64,000 nucleotides of DNA, taken from positions 159,261 to 223,260 of IMG/VR virus record IMGVR_UViG_3300043449_002710. The stretch is one strand, 5' to 3'. This document shows, one piece after another, positions 10,001 to 19,603 of the stretch (positions are counted from its first letter, which is position 1; each line of letters opens with the position of its first letter). Under the pieces are notes generated by a model. The model was given only the letters and a program-made list of their open reading frames with translations, ran no database searches and was not told the DNA's origin. Both the position numbers and the translations under genes were made by a program.

Positions 10001-10844
10001 CCCCTGATTCGTGTGCTTTGGCAAGCAATTTTAAGAATTCACAATAGCCTGCCTGATCCAAATACTTCCAGATCACTTCGGCGGGCTGAAATCTCTCAAA
10101 TCTTCCCACATTCCGATCCAAGACAAACTTCTTTCGAAGCTCATCGTGCATCTTTTTTCTGCCTTGCCAAACCTCAACAAACTCTTCCACCAATCGATCC
10201 ACGGCTTGTTTGACCGACAGCTTCTGAGTTTCAATCCTCTCGTCCACGATTTCAGGATCTCTTGGGTTTTCTTTCTGGGCTTGCAGGGCTTTCTTAAGGA
10301 CCGACCATTGCCTAGAAACATTCCCCATCAAAAGATCGATTTCTTCGGCTTTCTTTTCGGCCATTTCAATGATGGGCTTAAAATAAATCTCAGGATCAAA
10401 GTCCTTTGGAAGAATCAAAGGAGGAAGCTTCCAGCGATCCCGCATCACATCGTAGGAGGCATCGGCAACCTCAACTTGCTCGGTCTGATCCGATGGCTTC
10501 ACAAAAAGATGGATGACATATCCAGCCCAGGGAATCTCGACATTCTTGAAAGCCTCTTGAAGAATCTCTTCATCGCCTTTGAATTTTTCCCAATCAATGT
10601 AGCACGAACAGTCAATGTCAGCGCCGCTGTGATACTGATAAGTCGCCGCTCCGCCATACAACATGACGCCAATCAGATCCGCCCCAAACTTTTTTAGTCG
10701 GTAGCGAGCTTCTTTGAGAATCTCTGCGCGAAGCTTGGGCTGAAGCCTAGGGAGCGGCTTATCTTCTTCATAAAGCCACACCTCTGGCGGAAGAGTCTTG
10801 CGCGGAAAATCTAAAATCCCAGCTTCAATTACGTGAGCGGCCAT
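9972..10844 (-). CDS. Pol-beta-superfamily nucleotidyltransferase
   Basis: MLYGGAATYQYHSGADIDC fits hG[GS]-x9-13-Dh[DE]h; helical C-terminal region. Confidence 0.7.
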   Translation of the reverse strand: MAAHVIEAGILDFPRKTLPPEVWLYEEDKPLPRLQPKLRAEILKEARYRLKKFGADLIGVMLYGGAATYQYHSGADIDCSCYIDWEKFKGDEEILQEAFKNVEIPWAGYVIHLFVKPSDQTEQVEVADASYDVMRDRWKLPPLILPKDFDPEIYFKPIIEMAEKKAEEIDLLMGNVSRQWSVLKKALQAQKENPRDPEIVDERIETQKLSVKQAVDRLVEEFVEVWQGRKKMHDELRKKFVLDRNVGRFERFQPAEVIWKYLDQAGYCEFLKLLAKAHESGAIDKLLQAL

Positions 10845-10931
10845 AACTTAAAATAACTCTAGGGATCAAGTTTCCTGGGGTGGGCATCCTAATTGCTTGA
10901 TATAAATACGGTTTTTAAAAAAACTTCCCTG

Positions 10932-10960
10932 TTGACTGTCTTTATAAATATATTTATATT
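10932..10960 (+). promoter_or_regulatory. Sigma70-like promoter; probable leaderless transcript
   Basis: TTGACT-17 bp-TATATT, ending 6 nt before the ATG at 10967; no SD. Confidence 0.6.
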
Positions 10961-10966
10961 GATAAT

Positions 10967-11740
10967 ATGACAATGCGTAAGATTCAAATTTTTGAGCAAG
11001 ACCAAAAGTACCGCAAAGACTTGAGCGATTTTTTGATTATGGTCCATGGGGCCAAGAGCACCGAGGATGCTTCCGTTTTGGAAGTTCCAGAGGAATTGGA
11101 CGTGGATGCTTTTCACGGCATCAAGTTGGTGGACACCAATGCGCCCAAGCTGCCGCTCATCCAACCTGCGGTTCCGTTCAAGGATCGGCATCCTGAGGTG
11201 GTCGAATGGCTCAATAACTACAAAGGCAATTTTGAATTTTACTTGAGCTTAAAGTCTCAGCTTGAAGCCAAAGGCAGTTTGTCTGAAAAGCAGGTCGATG
11301 CGGTCAAACGTGCTATCGATAAGGACGTGCAGCGAGCGAGCAAACGGACTTTATCCACAAGTTCTCAAACCGTTCGCTTGTCTTTGTCTGCAGGCGAGAT
11401 TTTGTTGATCTCCAAATTCTTCGCCCGAAAGCTTGCTGAGCAAGCAGGTGCAATCCGCCCACACTATGTCTTTGAGGTTTTATCCGTCGAAGCAGAGACT
11501 GAGAAAGCTTACAAAGTGAAGCTCCGCATGACTGCTCAACGGACCAGCCATTGCGGAGTTTGCGGTTTGACTCTGACGAATCCCGAGTCGGTGGCGGCAG
11601 GTATTGGACCGATTTGCGCTGAAAATACCGGAATCTCTTTCGGGGCTAATTCGTCCTTGGAACTAGCCGAAGCTTTAAAAGAAACCCGCGAGATCGATAC
11701 TTGGCTACCTAAGAGCGTGATCAAATCGAGGCTGTCTTAA
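10967..11740 (+). CDS. DUF6011-like Zn-finger domain protein
   Basis: C-terminal [24 protein letters not shown]; central [16 protein letters not shown] segment. Confidence 0.7.
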   Translation: MTMRKIQIFEQDQKYRKDLSDFLIMVHGAKSTEDASVLEVPEELDVDAFHGIKLVDTNAPKLPLIQPAVPFKDRHPEVVEWLNNYKGNFEFYLSLKSQLEAKGSLSEKQVDAVKRAIDKDVQRASKRTLSTSSQTVRLSLSAGEILLISKFFARKLAEQAGAIRPHYVFEVLSVEAETEKAYKVKLRMTAQRTSHCGVCGLTLTNPESVAAGIGPICAENTGISFGANSSLELAEALKETREIDTWLPKSVIKSRLS

Positions 11741-13155
11741 TAAAACTCCTCAATAATGATGCAACCAGAACCGCCGTTGCCACCTTTACCTGAACCCGAG
11801 CCACCGCCTGTACCACCCGCACCGACTGTGTAATTAAAAGTTACACCAGTATAGGGAATAATTGCACAGATATAGCCACCTGCGCCACCACCAGAACCCC
11901 CATAATAAGTCGTCCCACCTTCAGCCGGGGCACTACTTCCGCCGCCACCGCCACCACTACCGGTATTATTGCTGGCATCGGTTGGGGAGGTCAATCCACC
12001 ACCGCCTGGACCATTTCCACCAAAAAAACTGTTTCCACCGGGTTGTCCCGCTAAAACCGTCGCGGCAGCAGTGCCGCCGCCATTCCATGTGGCATAACCA
12101 GTGCCAGCACTACCAATGACGTTACAAATGACTGTTACACCCGTATAGGCTACGGTCCCACCAGTTCCGCCATTTCTACTAGAGGATGTGGCGGCGTTCC
12201 CAGAATATGCGGTGAGCGCTATAGTTCCGGCCCCATTTGAAAACACAGTATCGACACCATCCGTGCCGTAAGCTAGAGATATTCCACCGCCAGTACCACC
12301 ACCACCACCACCGACCATCTGAATCCGAATATACTTTGCCGTACTCGGCATGGTGTAGGTTCCAGCTCCAAGCGTTGTTATATAGTGAATAGTCGGTACA
12401 GTAGCTGATCCACCACTGCCTGTGGGTCCGGTAGGGCCAACATTGCCCGTAGCGCCCGTAGCGCCCGTGGGGCCCGTGGGGCCTGTAGCGCCCACACCTG
12501 TCGGGCCGGTAGGGCCAACTAAACTGGCTCCCGTGGGTCCGGTAGGACCAACTGCACCCTCTGCGCCTGTCGCGCCCGTAGGGCCTACATCTCCTACAGC
12601 CCCTGTCGGGCCTACCGCACCATCTAAGCCTGCCGAGCCGGTCGCGCCCACCGGTCCTTCCAATCCTGTAGGACCAACTGCGCCTGTGGGGCCAACTGCG
12701 CCTGTGGGGCCAACTGCGCCTGTGGGGCCTGTCACCCCGCGCATCCCAGTCGGGCCGGTCGCCCCTCGTGGACCTAAAGGACCACTGGGTCCCATCGGTC
12801 CTGTCGCGCCCACTGTTCCTGTCGGGCCAACCGCTCCAACCGATCCTGTAGGACCAACCGTGCCACTAGGGCCTGTCGGCCCAGTGGGTCCAAGAGGTCC
12901 CGTGGGGCCAGGAATCTGCACAGGACCCGTGGGGCCTGTCGGTCCTGTCGGTCCTGTCGGACTAGGACCAGAATTCGAAAAGACATCAAAAATTAGAGGG
13001 TCATATGTGGTGTTGATCGCGGCGTTATATTGAGTCTGCGTGATCAAAAAATCGGATAAAGCGGGTACGACCAAATTTTCAGAGGTCAGCCCATAGCTTA
13101 AAACAAAAGTTTGCTGCAGTTCTGTCTTGTTACGAATCGTCCCGTAGTAAGCCAT
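11737..13155 (-). CDS. Collagen-like fibre protein with a C-terminal glycine-rich domain
   Basis: 472 aa; long (G-P-T/G-A-T/G-A-V)n tract, then [22 protein letters not shown], typical of phage Gly-rich fibre tips. Confidence 0.85.
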   Translation of the reverse strand: MAYYGTIRNKTELQQTFVLSYGLTSENLVVPALSDFLITQTQYNAAINTTYDPLIFDVFSNSGPSPTGPTGPTGPTGPVQIPGPTGPLGPTGPTGPSGTVGPTGSVGAVGPTGTVGATGPMGPSGPLGPRGATGPTGMRGVTGPTGAVGPTGAVGPTGAVGPTGLEGPVGATGSAGLDGAVGPTGAVGDVGPTGATGAEGAVGPTGPTGASLVGPTGPTGVGATGPTGPTGATGATGNVGPTGPTGSGGSATVPTIHYITTLGAGTYTMPSTAKYIRIQMVGGGGGGTGGGISLAYGTDGVDTVFSNGAGTIALTAYSGNAATSSSRNGGTGGTVAYTGVTVICNVIGSAGTGYATWNGGGTAAATVLAGQPGGNSFFGGNGPGGGGLTSPTDASNNTGSGGGGGGSSAPAEGGTTYYGGSGGGAGGYICAIIPYTGVTFNYTVGAGGTGGGSGSGKGGNGGSGCIIIEEFY

Positions 13156-13205
13156 TGTGATCCCCTATAGATAATAACCTCAGGGGGATTTGGTATTTGT
13201 TTGAA

Positions 13206-13667
13206 CTACGCGAGGTAATAAATCCGCAAGCGATCCGAAGTGTCCAAGACGGATTGAAGGCCTTTGCCATCCCAACTTAAAAAATCATCAGACACAATAA
13301 AATCTTCGTCATAAGTAGCTGGACCGCCGCCGCTAAAAATATCCACCAAAACTTTATTGGGTTCTTTGGGTGCCAATGGAAGAGAGAGACCTTTATCCAA
13401 AAGCATCTGGCCAGTGATTTGTGGGTAAATGCAAACTTGCTGAATCGAATTACTTTCGATTAAACTTTGAAGAGATTGTTCGGCTGCGATAGCGCGAGAA
13501 GTCTCTACAGCGGTGAGATCGCCATCTTCTATGGCGTCTTTCAGAGTTTTATTGACTAAGTTGGCAGAAACAAAAATTTTGTAGTCAGGAGGTAGACTTG
13601 AAGCATCTAGTCCTAGATCCAACAACTCGGCTAAACTTTTGATATCTTCATTCTGAATCTTAGACAT
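13206..13667 (-). CDS. Virion/fibre-associated protein
   Basis: 153 aa; one ETSRAIAAEQSL unit shared with the 804-aa protein, and a small C-terminal beta domain. Confidence 0.65.
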   Translation of the reverse strand: MSKIQNEDIKSLAELLDLGLDASSLPPDYKIFVSANLVNKTLKDAIEDGDLTAVETSRAIAAEQSLQSLIESNSIQQVCIYPQITGQMLLDKGLSLPLAPKEPNKVLVDIFSGGGPATYDEDFIVSDDFLSWDGKGLQSVLDTSDRLRIYYLA

Positions 13668-13699
13668 ACCGAGCCTTTTACCAAAATTGAATTTTTGTG

Positions 13700-13741
13700 A
13701 AAAACTTAATCCCGCTAGCTATGACGCGGGATTAAGTTTTT
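13700..13741. terminator. Strong hairpin terminator (potentially bidirectional)
   Basis: AAAAACTTAATCCCGC-N10-GCGGGATTAAGTTTTT perfect 16-bp inverted repeat just after the 13748 stop. Confidence 0.8.
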
Positions 13742-13747
13742 TCCTAA

Positions 13748-14587
13748 TTAGACTAAATACCAGCAAATCAATTCTTGACCTACGACAGGTGCTGTACCGA
13801 AAGTTAGAGCACTTGCTGTCACCGTATATTGGTCTAAACCAGGACCTTGAGCAACAAGAAGCCCGTTTCTGAAAACCAAAACAAACCCTGCTGCATTCGG
13901 AGTGTGAGTCAAAGTAAATTCAGTTGTTGATCCGTTTCCAGCAAAGACTTCTTGATAGGGAACATAAGATCCGGCAGGGCCCGCAGGGCCGGTGGGTCCA
14001 ACAGCTCCATCAGCACCCGCAGGGCCCGCAGGGCCAGTAGGGCCGTCTAAACCCGCAGGGCCGGTGGGTCCAACAGCTCCATCAGCACCCGCAGGGCCCG
14101 CAGGGCCAGTAGGGCCGTCTAAACCCGCAGGGCCAGTAGGGCCCACCAGACTAACTGGATCAATGAAAGCACGATTGTTAATAGATTGCAGTTTAGTCTG
14201 AAGAGGTTCGGAAATAAGTTGAAGTGAAACAGATCCGATTTCGATCAGCTTTTTATTTAAAGAAGTTCTACCAATAAAAGCTGTTCCTGCAGCAGGTCCA
14301 TTGAGATCTTCCGCGCCTTCGTCGTCCCAGATCGAATGAACCCGAATACCGTTTGTAGTAGCCCCAGGATAAGCCGAGGTTCCCACATCTTCAATCGTGA
14401 CAATTTTCCATCGATTGTAAGTCCCGAAAAACGGGCTCTCATCAACAAAAGCGTCTCCGATTTGAACGTCTGTAACAGACCAACCTTCTAATGTAGAGTC
14501 AATGACTTCCCCGATGACTTCCCAAATACCAGAGCCGAGATCGGAAGCGCCTACGATATCAAATCGAGCATTAAACTTTTTAGACAT
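13748..14587 (-). CDS. Collagen-like virion protein with a small C-terminal beta domain
   Basis: 279 aa; GPT/GPA tract with a 72-bp duplication; C-terminal [14 protein letters not shown]...VFRNGLL...YTV...LTF...GQEL. Confidence 0.8.
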   Translation of the reverse strand: MSKKFNARFDIVGASDLGSGIWEVIGEVIDSTLEGWSVTDVQIGDAFVDESPFFGTYNRWKIVTIEDVGTSAYPGATTNGIRVHSIWDDEGAEDLNGPAAGTAFIGRTSLNKKLIEIGSVSLQLISEPLQTKLQSINNRAFIDPVSLVGPTGPAGLDGPTGPAGPAGADGAVGPTGPAGLDGPTGPAGPAGADGAVGPTGPAGPAGSYVPYQEVFAGNGSTTEFTLTHTPNAAGFVLVFRNGLLVAQGPGLDQYTVTASALTFGTAPVVGQELICWYLV

Positions 14588-14599
14588 GGTAAGCCTCTA

Positions 14600-15964
14600 T
14601 TAGAAAGCCAATTTTAATACGCAAGTCACACCTGAGGTTAAACCGTTAATAGTAAGCCTATCAAAGCCAGCAGAAATTGTGGCCGCAACAGCAACAGTTG
14701 CTCCCGAATCTTCTCTCCAAGCGTGATAATTAGGACGCCAAGCATTGGCTGCACTCGTATTGGTGCCAGCTCCACCGCTTGTTCCATATACAACCGTGAA
14801 TTGAGTTCCACCGATTGTCGCCATTGGGAGTCTGATTCTGGCGGAAATCAAATTCACCCCGGCTGGAATTGTAAAAGTTCCAATAGCACCAACGCGAGCA
14901 AAAGTTATCCCACTGCCGTCTGCGAAAACTTCCACCTCTTCATTAGCTGTAGAAGAAGCTATATAACGAGAAAGCGATGCCCCACCACCGCCACCTACGG
15001 TAGTCCAACTCGTGTCGTAATCAGAGGCAGAATTTTTGGTTAATACTTGCCCCATCGAACCACCGGTTGGAACACCTGCACCCGTAGGGCCGGTGGGTCC
15101 TGCTGATCCAGCGGTTCCATTTGCGCCCGCAGGGCCGGTGGGTCCAACAGCTCCATCAGCGCCCGCAGGGCCGGTGGGTCCAACAGCTCCATCAGCGCCC
15201 GCAGGGCCGGGGGGTCCAATAGCTCCATCAGCGCCCGCAGGGCCAACATCACCCTGAGGGCCTGTTGGGCCTCCCGCAGGTCCAGGTTCGCCTTGAGGCC
15301 CCGTAGGGCCCGTATCCCCTACCGCGCCAATCGGTCCTGCCGGGCCCGTAGGTCCAACTTCGCCTGCCGGGCCGGTGGGGCCAGCCGCGCCGTCAGCTCC
15401 AGGGGCACCCGGCGCACCAGGAGAGCCAGGAGAGCCCGCAATGCCGGAGGGGCCCATATCCCCTTGAGGGCCTGTAGGGCCAGTAGGTCCCGCATCGCCA
15501 TCAAAACCCGCAGGGCCTGTCGGTCCCACAGGGCCAGTAGCTCCATCAGCGCCCGCAGGGCCAGTAGCTCCATCAGCGCCCGCAGGGCCAGTAGCTCCAT
15601 CAGCGCCCGCAGGGCCTGTTGGGCCTCCTGCCGGACCCGGCTCGCCTTGGGGGCCCGTAGAACCATTTGCGCCTGCAGGGCCTGTCGGGCCTGCAGATCC
15701 AGCATTACCCGCAGGGCCTGTCGGTCCCGTAGGTCCGGTTGCTCCAGGTTGTGGAGTTGGGGGAGGTGGGATAGGATCGCCTTCTAAAATGATTTCAAAA
15801 ATCAAATGGTCATATTGAGTAGCGGAAGCCACTTCGAGTTGATCAAAAGTCAAAGGATAAAGACCAAAAGCAGGGACACTTAAGGACTCTTGATAAGTCG
15901 AGTAAGCCAAGGTGAAAACTTGCGGGATACCCGTTTTATTTCTAATGTTCGCTACGTATGCCAT
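14600..15964 (-). CDS. Collagen-like fibre protein
   Basis: 454 aa; long Gly-X-Y tract; N-terminal ~60 aa paralogous to the 472-aa collagen protein (MAY..xIRNKT...). Confidence 0.85.
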   Translation of the reverse strand: MAYVANIRNKTGIPQVFTLAYSTYQESLSVPAFGLYPLTFDQLEVASATQYDHLIFEIILEGDPIPPPPTPQPGATGPTGPTGPAGNAGSAGPTGPAGANGSTGPQGEPGPAGGPTGPAGADGATGPAGADGATGPAGADGATGPVGPTGPAGFDGDAGPTGPTGPQGDMGPSGIAGSPGSPGAPGAPGADGAAGPTGPAGEVGPTGPAGPIGAVGDTGPTGPQGEPGPAGGPTGPQGDVGPAGADGAIGPPGPAGADGAVGPTGPAGADGAVGPTGPAGANGTAGSAGPTGPTGAGVPTGGSMGQVLTKNSASDYDTSWTTVGGGGGASLSRYIASSTANEEVEVFADGSGITFARVGAIGTFTIPAGVNLISARIRLPMATIGGTQFTVVYGTSGGAGTNTSAANAWRPNYHAWREDSGATVAVAATISAGFDRLTINGLTSGVTCVLKLAF

Positions 15965-15992
15965 TCTTTTTCTCCCTCAAAATTAAAAATTT

Positions 15993-16358
15993 TTACGGTG
16001 CTGTATAATTCAAAACTTGTTTGGGTGTGAGCGGTGCCCCATTGTCTTGCTGAACCTGCAGCACGTTTTCATAAATCAAGTCTAAGAGTCGGGTTAAAAA
16101 ACTTACATCCCCACCATTACGAGCATTGCTCACCAAGACTTCAAAGTCGGCGTCTTCGATCAAAAAAGTTTCACCGGGTCTAAGGTTAATTTGGAAAGCA
16201 CTCCCATTCCGAATCGGATCTGCCGAGGAAGCGTTAATCGGTCTTGGGATCAAAACATTCGAGATCGGCCCTAACTGAAGAGCAAAGGCATTTGCTGGGG
16301 CCGTGCTAATAACCGGGTGTGAAGCAAGGGCAGTTGGGGTAAAAGAAATGTTAACCAC
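15993..16358 (-). CDS. Hypothetical protein, probably virion
   Basis: GTG start after GAGAGG; GAGTTATTTTCTT motif upstream; head of the collagen-gene operon. Confidence 0.65.
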   Translation of the reverse strand: MVNISFTPTALASHPVISTAPANAFALQLGPISNVLIPRPINASSADPIRNGSAFQINLRPGETFLIEDADFEVLVSNARNGGDVSFLTRLLDLIYENVLQVQQDNGAPLTPKQVLNYTAP

Positions 16359-16434
16359 AAGTTTTTCCTCTCCCAAGAAAATAACTCAATTTTTGTCTCG
16401 GTCCTCTTTTGAATAGAATCGTTATTCTTTATAT

Positions 16435-17400
16435 ATGTCCACTTTACGAGGTCCAGGACCGGTTCGAAGTTTAAGGCAAGCCATAGAAGACCGAAACGCG
16501 AAATTCTCCCGCACAGAAGTCTTAGAGGATGAACCGTACAAGCAAGCTCTAGAACAGCTCCTCCCTCAAATCGCAGCCGAAAGTGAACAAGCAGCCAAAC
16601 CCGCAAGAGTCCCGTTTCTTTATTATCGGAAAAAAAGAATGGGCAGGCGCTGCTCTTGTTTCCACATCGAAACTTCTCCAGACGCAAATTGTCAGATTTG
16701 TTTTGGCTGTGGCTATGTCGGCGGTTGGGATTTACACGGCTGTCGATCCGAATGGATTGATGTGACCCAAGAAAATTTAAGATTGGTCAATCTTCAAGCC
16801 GATACCCAAGCAGGGACTAGACCAGTCTATTTCACCATGGAGGATGGAACAAACAGATCTTTCTTGGAACTCGATTTAGAGATTGTCAGAAACATCAAAA
16901 AAACCCAATGCCTTCAGATCGCGGTTGGAAACAAACGTAGGGGGGCTTCAGTCGATGCTTTTGTAAAAGCATCGGGGGATTTGAATTTTGTTCCGCTCAC
17001 GGAAGCTAATTTGGATGCTAGGCTAAATGAGAGTAAGCTTTCTTTTCGAATCGAATTGAATAGAAACAATACTACAGTCGAATCCCCTAGACTCAGCCAT
17101 GTCTTAATTCGATATCAATTAGTCCCAGAGATTAGAATGTACGGAGATATGAATCTTGGGGATAATGCTTTTGAGTTAGGAGATCTCGGTTTCTTCGATT
17201 CGTTTTCCACCTTGAATGTCTACGTCCCACCTAGCTTTGATCAGATTAACAATGAAGACTTTTTGATTCGGCAATCCGACCAAAAACGATTCAAAGTCAC
17301 GCGGTTTCAACGCAATGCTCCACTCGAAGTATTAACAAGTCACATGGTCACAGCTCGGCTTCTGATCCCTGGAACAGATTCTTTGATTTATTTTCCTTGA
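16435..17400 (+). CDS. Putative virion structural (neck/head-closure-like) protein with an N-terminal Cys motif
   Basis: 321 aa; RRCSCF...PDANCQICFGCGYVGG; beta-rich C-terminus. The functional call is from recollection of large-phage neck proteins and is weak. Confidence 0.45.
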   Translation: MSTLRGPGPVRSLRQAIEDRNAKFSRTEVLEDEPYKQALEQLLPQIAAESEQAAKPARVPFLYYRKKRMGRRCSCFHIETSPDANCQICFGCGYVGGWDLHGCRSEWIDVTQENLRLVNLQADTQAGTRPVYFTMEDGTNRSFLELDLEIVRNIKKTQCLQIAVGNKRRGASVDAFVKASGDLNFVPLTEANLDARLNESKLSFRIELNRNNTTVESPRLSHVLIRYQLVPEIRMYGDMNLGDNAFELGDLGFFDSFSTLNVYVPPSFDQINNEDFLIRQSDQKRFKVTRFQRNAPLEVLTSHMVTARLLIPGTDSLIYFP

Positions 17401-17437
17401 TCGTTTTTAGCGGTAGATAATTTGGTTAATAGTATTC

Positions 17438-18499
17438 ATGCCGCTCAAGATCGCCGTTTACGCTATAGCGAAAAACGAAGAAAAAAATATTTCAAGTTGG
17501 TTGGAAAACACAAAAAATGCAGATTTCCGATTGGTCTGTGACACTGGAAGTACAGACAAAACCTTGGAGATATTGAAAGAAAACAATATCGAAACTTGCC
17601 AGATTACAGTCAGCCCTTGGCGGTTTGACATTGCTCGTAATACCGCGCTGAATCTTCTACCTTCCGATATTGATGTCTGCATTTGGCAAGACTTTGACGA
17701 AACTTTCAATCCGAACTGGAGAGAAGAATTGGAAAAGAATTGGGTGGGTGGGACCACGACCGTCTATCACAAGTATCGAAACAACAATTCTTCCTGGCAA
17801 TGGCACAGCAAAATCCACGCAAGACACTACTGCATTTGGGCAGGCTGCGTACACGAAACATTGAAATGGTCTTGTCCCGAAAAAGATATCTGGATTGCAG
17901 AGATCTATCTAGATGAAAAGCAAGACCTAGAAAAAGACCGATCCGGTTACTTGAAGCTTTTGGAAAAGAAAATATCGGAAGGGGATAACCATTGGAGAAC
18001 TTTTTATTTCCTATCCTCCGAGTATCAAAAAATTGAAAATTGGAATCAGGACATAGCTTATAAGATAAAAAGCTTCCAGTTTTGCCAAGACGGAGGAGTC
18101 TCCAAATCCTACATCGCAAGAAACATCGCTATTTCTTACCAGCAGTTAAAAAACTGGTCGGAAGCTGAGAAGTGGTTAAAGACGGGATTGGATGAAAGCG
18201 AAGAAAGAGAAACTCTTTTTGCCTTAGCCTATTTGTATTACGCACAGAAAAAATGGGGCGAATGCTACATCTACTCCAAAAAGTGCCTTGAAAAAAAAGA
18301 AAGAAGAGACGGATTCACTTTCGATGCGAGAGCCTGGGGAGAATCGCCTTTCGATTTAGCGGCTTTATCCGCCTACAATTTGGAAATGTATTCAGAAGCT
18401 TGTTCTTTGGGGAAGAAAGCCCTTGAATTAAAGCCCAACGACCCTAGACTTCTTTTAAATCTCAGAATGTACGAGAACAAAAATGGTCAATCGCGCTAA
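17438..18499 (+). CDS. GT2 glycosyltransferase with TPR-like C-terminus
   Basis: VYAIAKNEE, VCDTGSTDKT, WRFDIARNTAL, DFDE (DxD); helical repeats downstream. Confidence 0.85.
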   Translation: MPLKIAVYAIAKNEEKNISSWLENTKNADFRLVCDTGSTDKTLEILKENNIETCQITVSPWRFDIARNTALNLLPSDIDVCIWQDFDETFNPNWREELEKNWVGGTTTVYHKYRNNNSSWQWHSKIHARHYCIWAGCVHETLKWSCPEKDIWIAEIYLDEKQDLEKDRSGYLKLLEKKISEGDNHWRTFYFLSSEYQKIENWNQDIAYKIKSFQFCQDGGVSKSYIARNIAISYQQLKNWSEAEKWLKTGLDESEERETLFALAYLYYAQKKWGECYIYSKKCLEKKERRDGFTFDARAWGESPFDLAALSAYNLEMYSEACSLGKKALELKPNDPRLLLNLRMYENKNGQSR

Positions 18500-19586
18500 G
18501 ACTTGTGTTTATGCCATCTGTTTGAATGAGATTAAATTCGTGGACGCTTTCATGAAGCATTCGAGTGAAGCGGATTTAATTCTCGTTTGTGATACCGGAT
18601 CGACGGACGGAACTGCAGAGAGGTTAAAAGAACTCGGAGCTACAGTTCATCGCATCACTCAAAAACCTTGGCGCTTTGACGTGCCTAGGAATACGGCGCT
18701 GAGCCTTGTACCTAGTGACATCGACATCTGCCTCAGTATCGACTTAGACGAGCAGCTTCAGCCTGGGTGGAGCGCCGCTTTAGAAAAAGTGTGGCAAGAG
18801 AAACAAGGAACAATCAAGCGGGTGTCCTATGACTACACTTGGAATTGGAAAGCAGACGGAACGCCCGATGTCAGATTCTTTACCGATAAGATCCACCATC
18901 GCCATGGTTACCGCTGGAAGCACCCTTGTCACGAAACTCTGTATTGGGAAGGAGAAGGGTCTGAGGTTTATGTTCAGATCCCTGAGATCAAGCTCCATCA
19001 CTTTGCCGACCCTACAAAAAGCCGAAGCCAGTATCTGCATTTATTGAAGCTTGCCGTCGAAGAAGACCCCAATGGGGATCGGATGCGGCACTACTACGCT
19101 CGCGAGCTAATGTTCAAAGGTCAGTACGAAGAAGCCATTAAGCACTTTGAGCATCATTTGAAAATGCCCCAAGCTACTTGGAAAGAGGAGCGCTGCGCAA
19201 GCTTGAGATTCATTGCTCGTTGCCACAGGTATCTAGGCAGAAAAGATCTCAGCCAAGAATGGGCCATCAAAGCGATTTTGGAGTTATCTACGACCCGCGA
19301 GCCTTGGTTGGACTTGGCTCAATCCGCCTATTTCAATCAGGACTGGCCCACTTGCTTTTGGGCTGCCACCAAATGCTTGGGCATTCAAAACAAGACTTTG
19401 AGTTACATTGCGGATGCGAGCGCCTGGGGATTTGAACCTTATGACTTGGCTGGGATTAGCGCATGGCATCTGGGCTTAAAAGAAAAAGCCAAGGAATATA
19501 GCCTAGAAGCCTACAAACGGTTTCAAGATAACCGATTAAAAGCCAACTGTTTAGTCTTAGGATGGAAGCCTGACGAATTACCTTAA
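18483..19586 (+). CDS. GT2 glycosyltransferase with TPR-like C-terminus (paralog)
   Basis: VYAICLNE, VCDTGSTDGT, WRFDVPRNTAL, IDLDE, YYARELM; overlaps the previous gene. Confidence 0.88.
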   Translation: MVNRAKTCVYAICLNEIKFVDAFMKHSSEADLILVCDTGSTDGTAERLKELGATVHRITQKPWRFDVPRNTALSLVPSDIDICLSIDLDEQLQPGWSAALEKVWQEKQGTIKRVSYDYTWNWKADGTPDVRFFTDKIHHRHGYRWKHPCHETLYWEGEGSEVYVQIPEIKLHHFADPTKSRSQYLHLLKLAVEEDPNGDRMRHYYARELMFKGQYEEAIKHFEHHLKMPQATWKEERCASLRFIARCHRYLGRKDLSQEWAIKAILELSTTREPWLDLAQSAYFNQDWPTCFWAATKCLGIQNKTLSYIADASAWGFEPYDLAGISAWHLGLKEKAKEYSLEAYKRFQDNRLKANCLVLGWKPDELP

Positions 19587-19603
19587 GGGTTATTTTTTAG
19601 AGT

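Noticed and set aside
11351-11359. Perfect DnaA box TTATCCACA
   Set aside because: A single copy inside a coding region, with no cluster.
12422-15787. Plus-strand Pro/Gly/Val-rich ORFs (12422-13033, 13992-14201, 15036-15257, 15293-15787)
   Set aside because: Antisense shadows of the collagen tracts.
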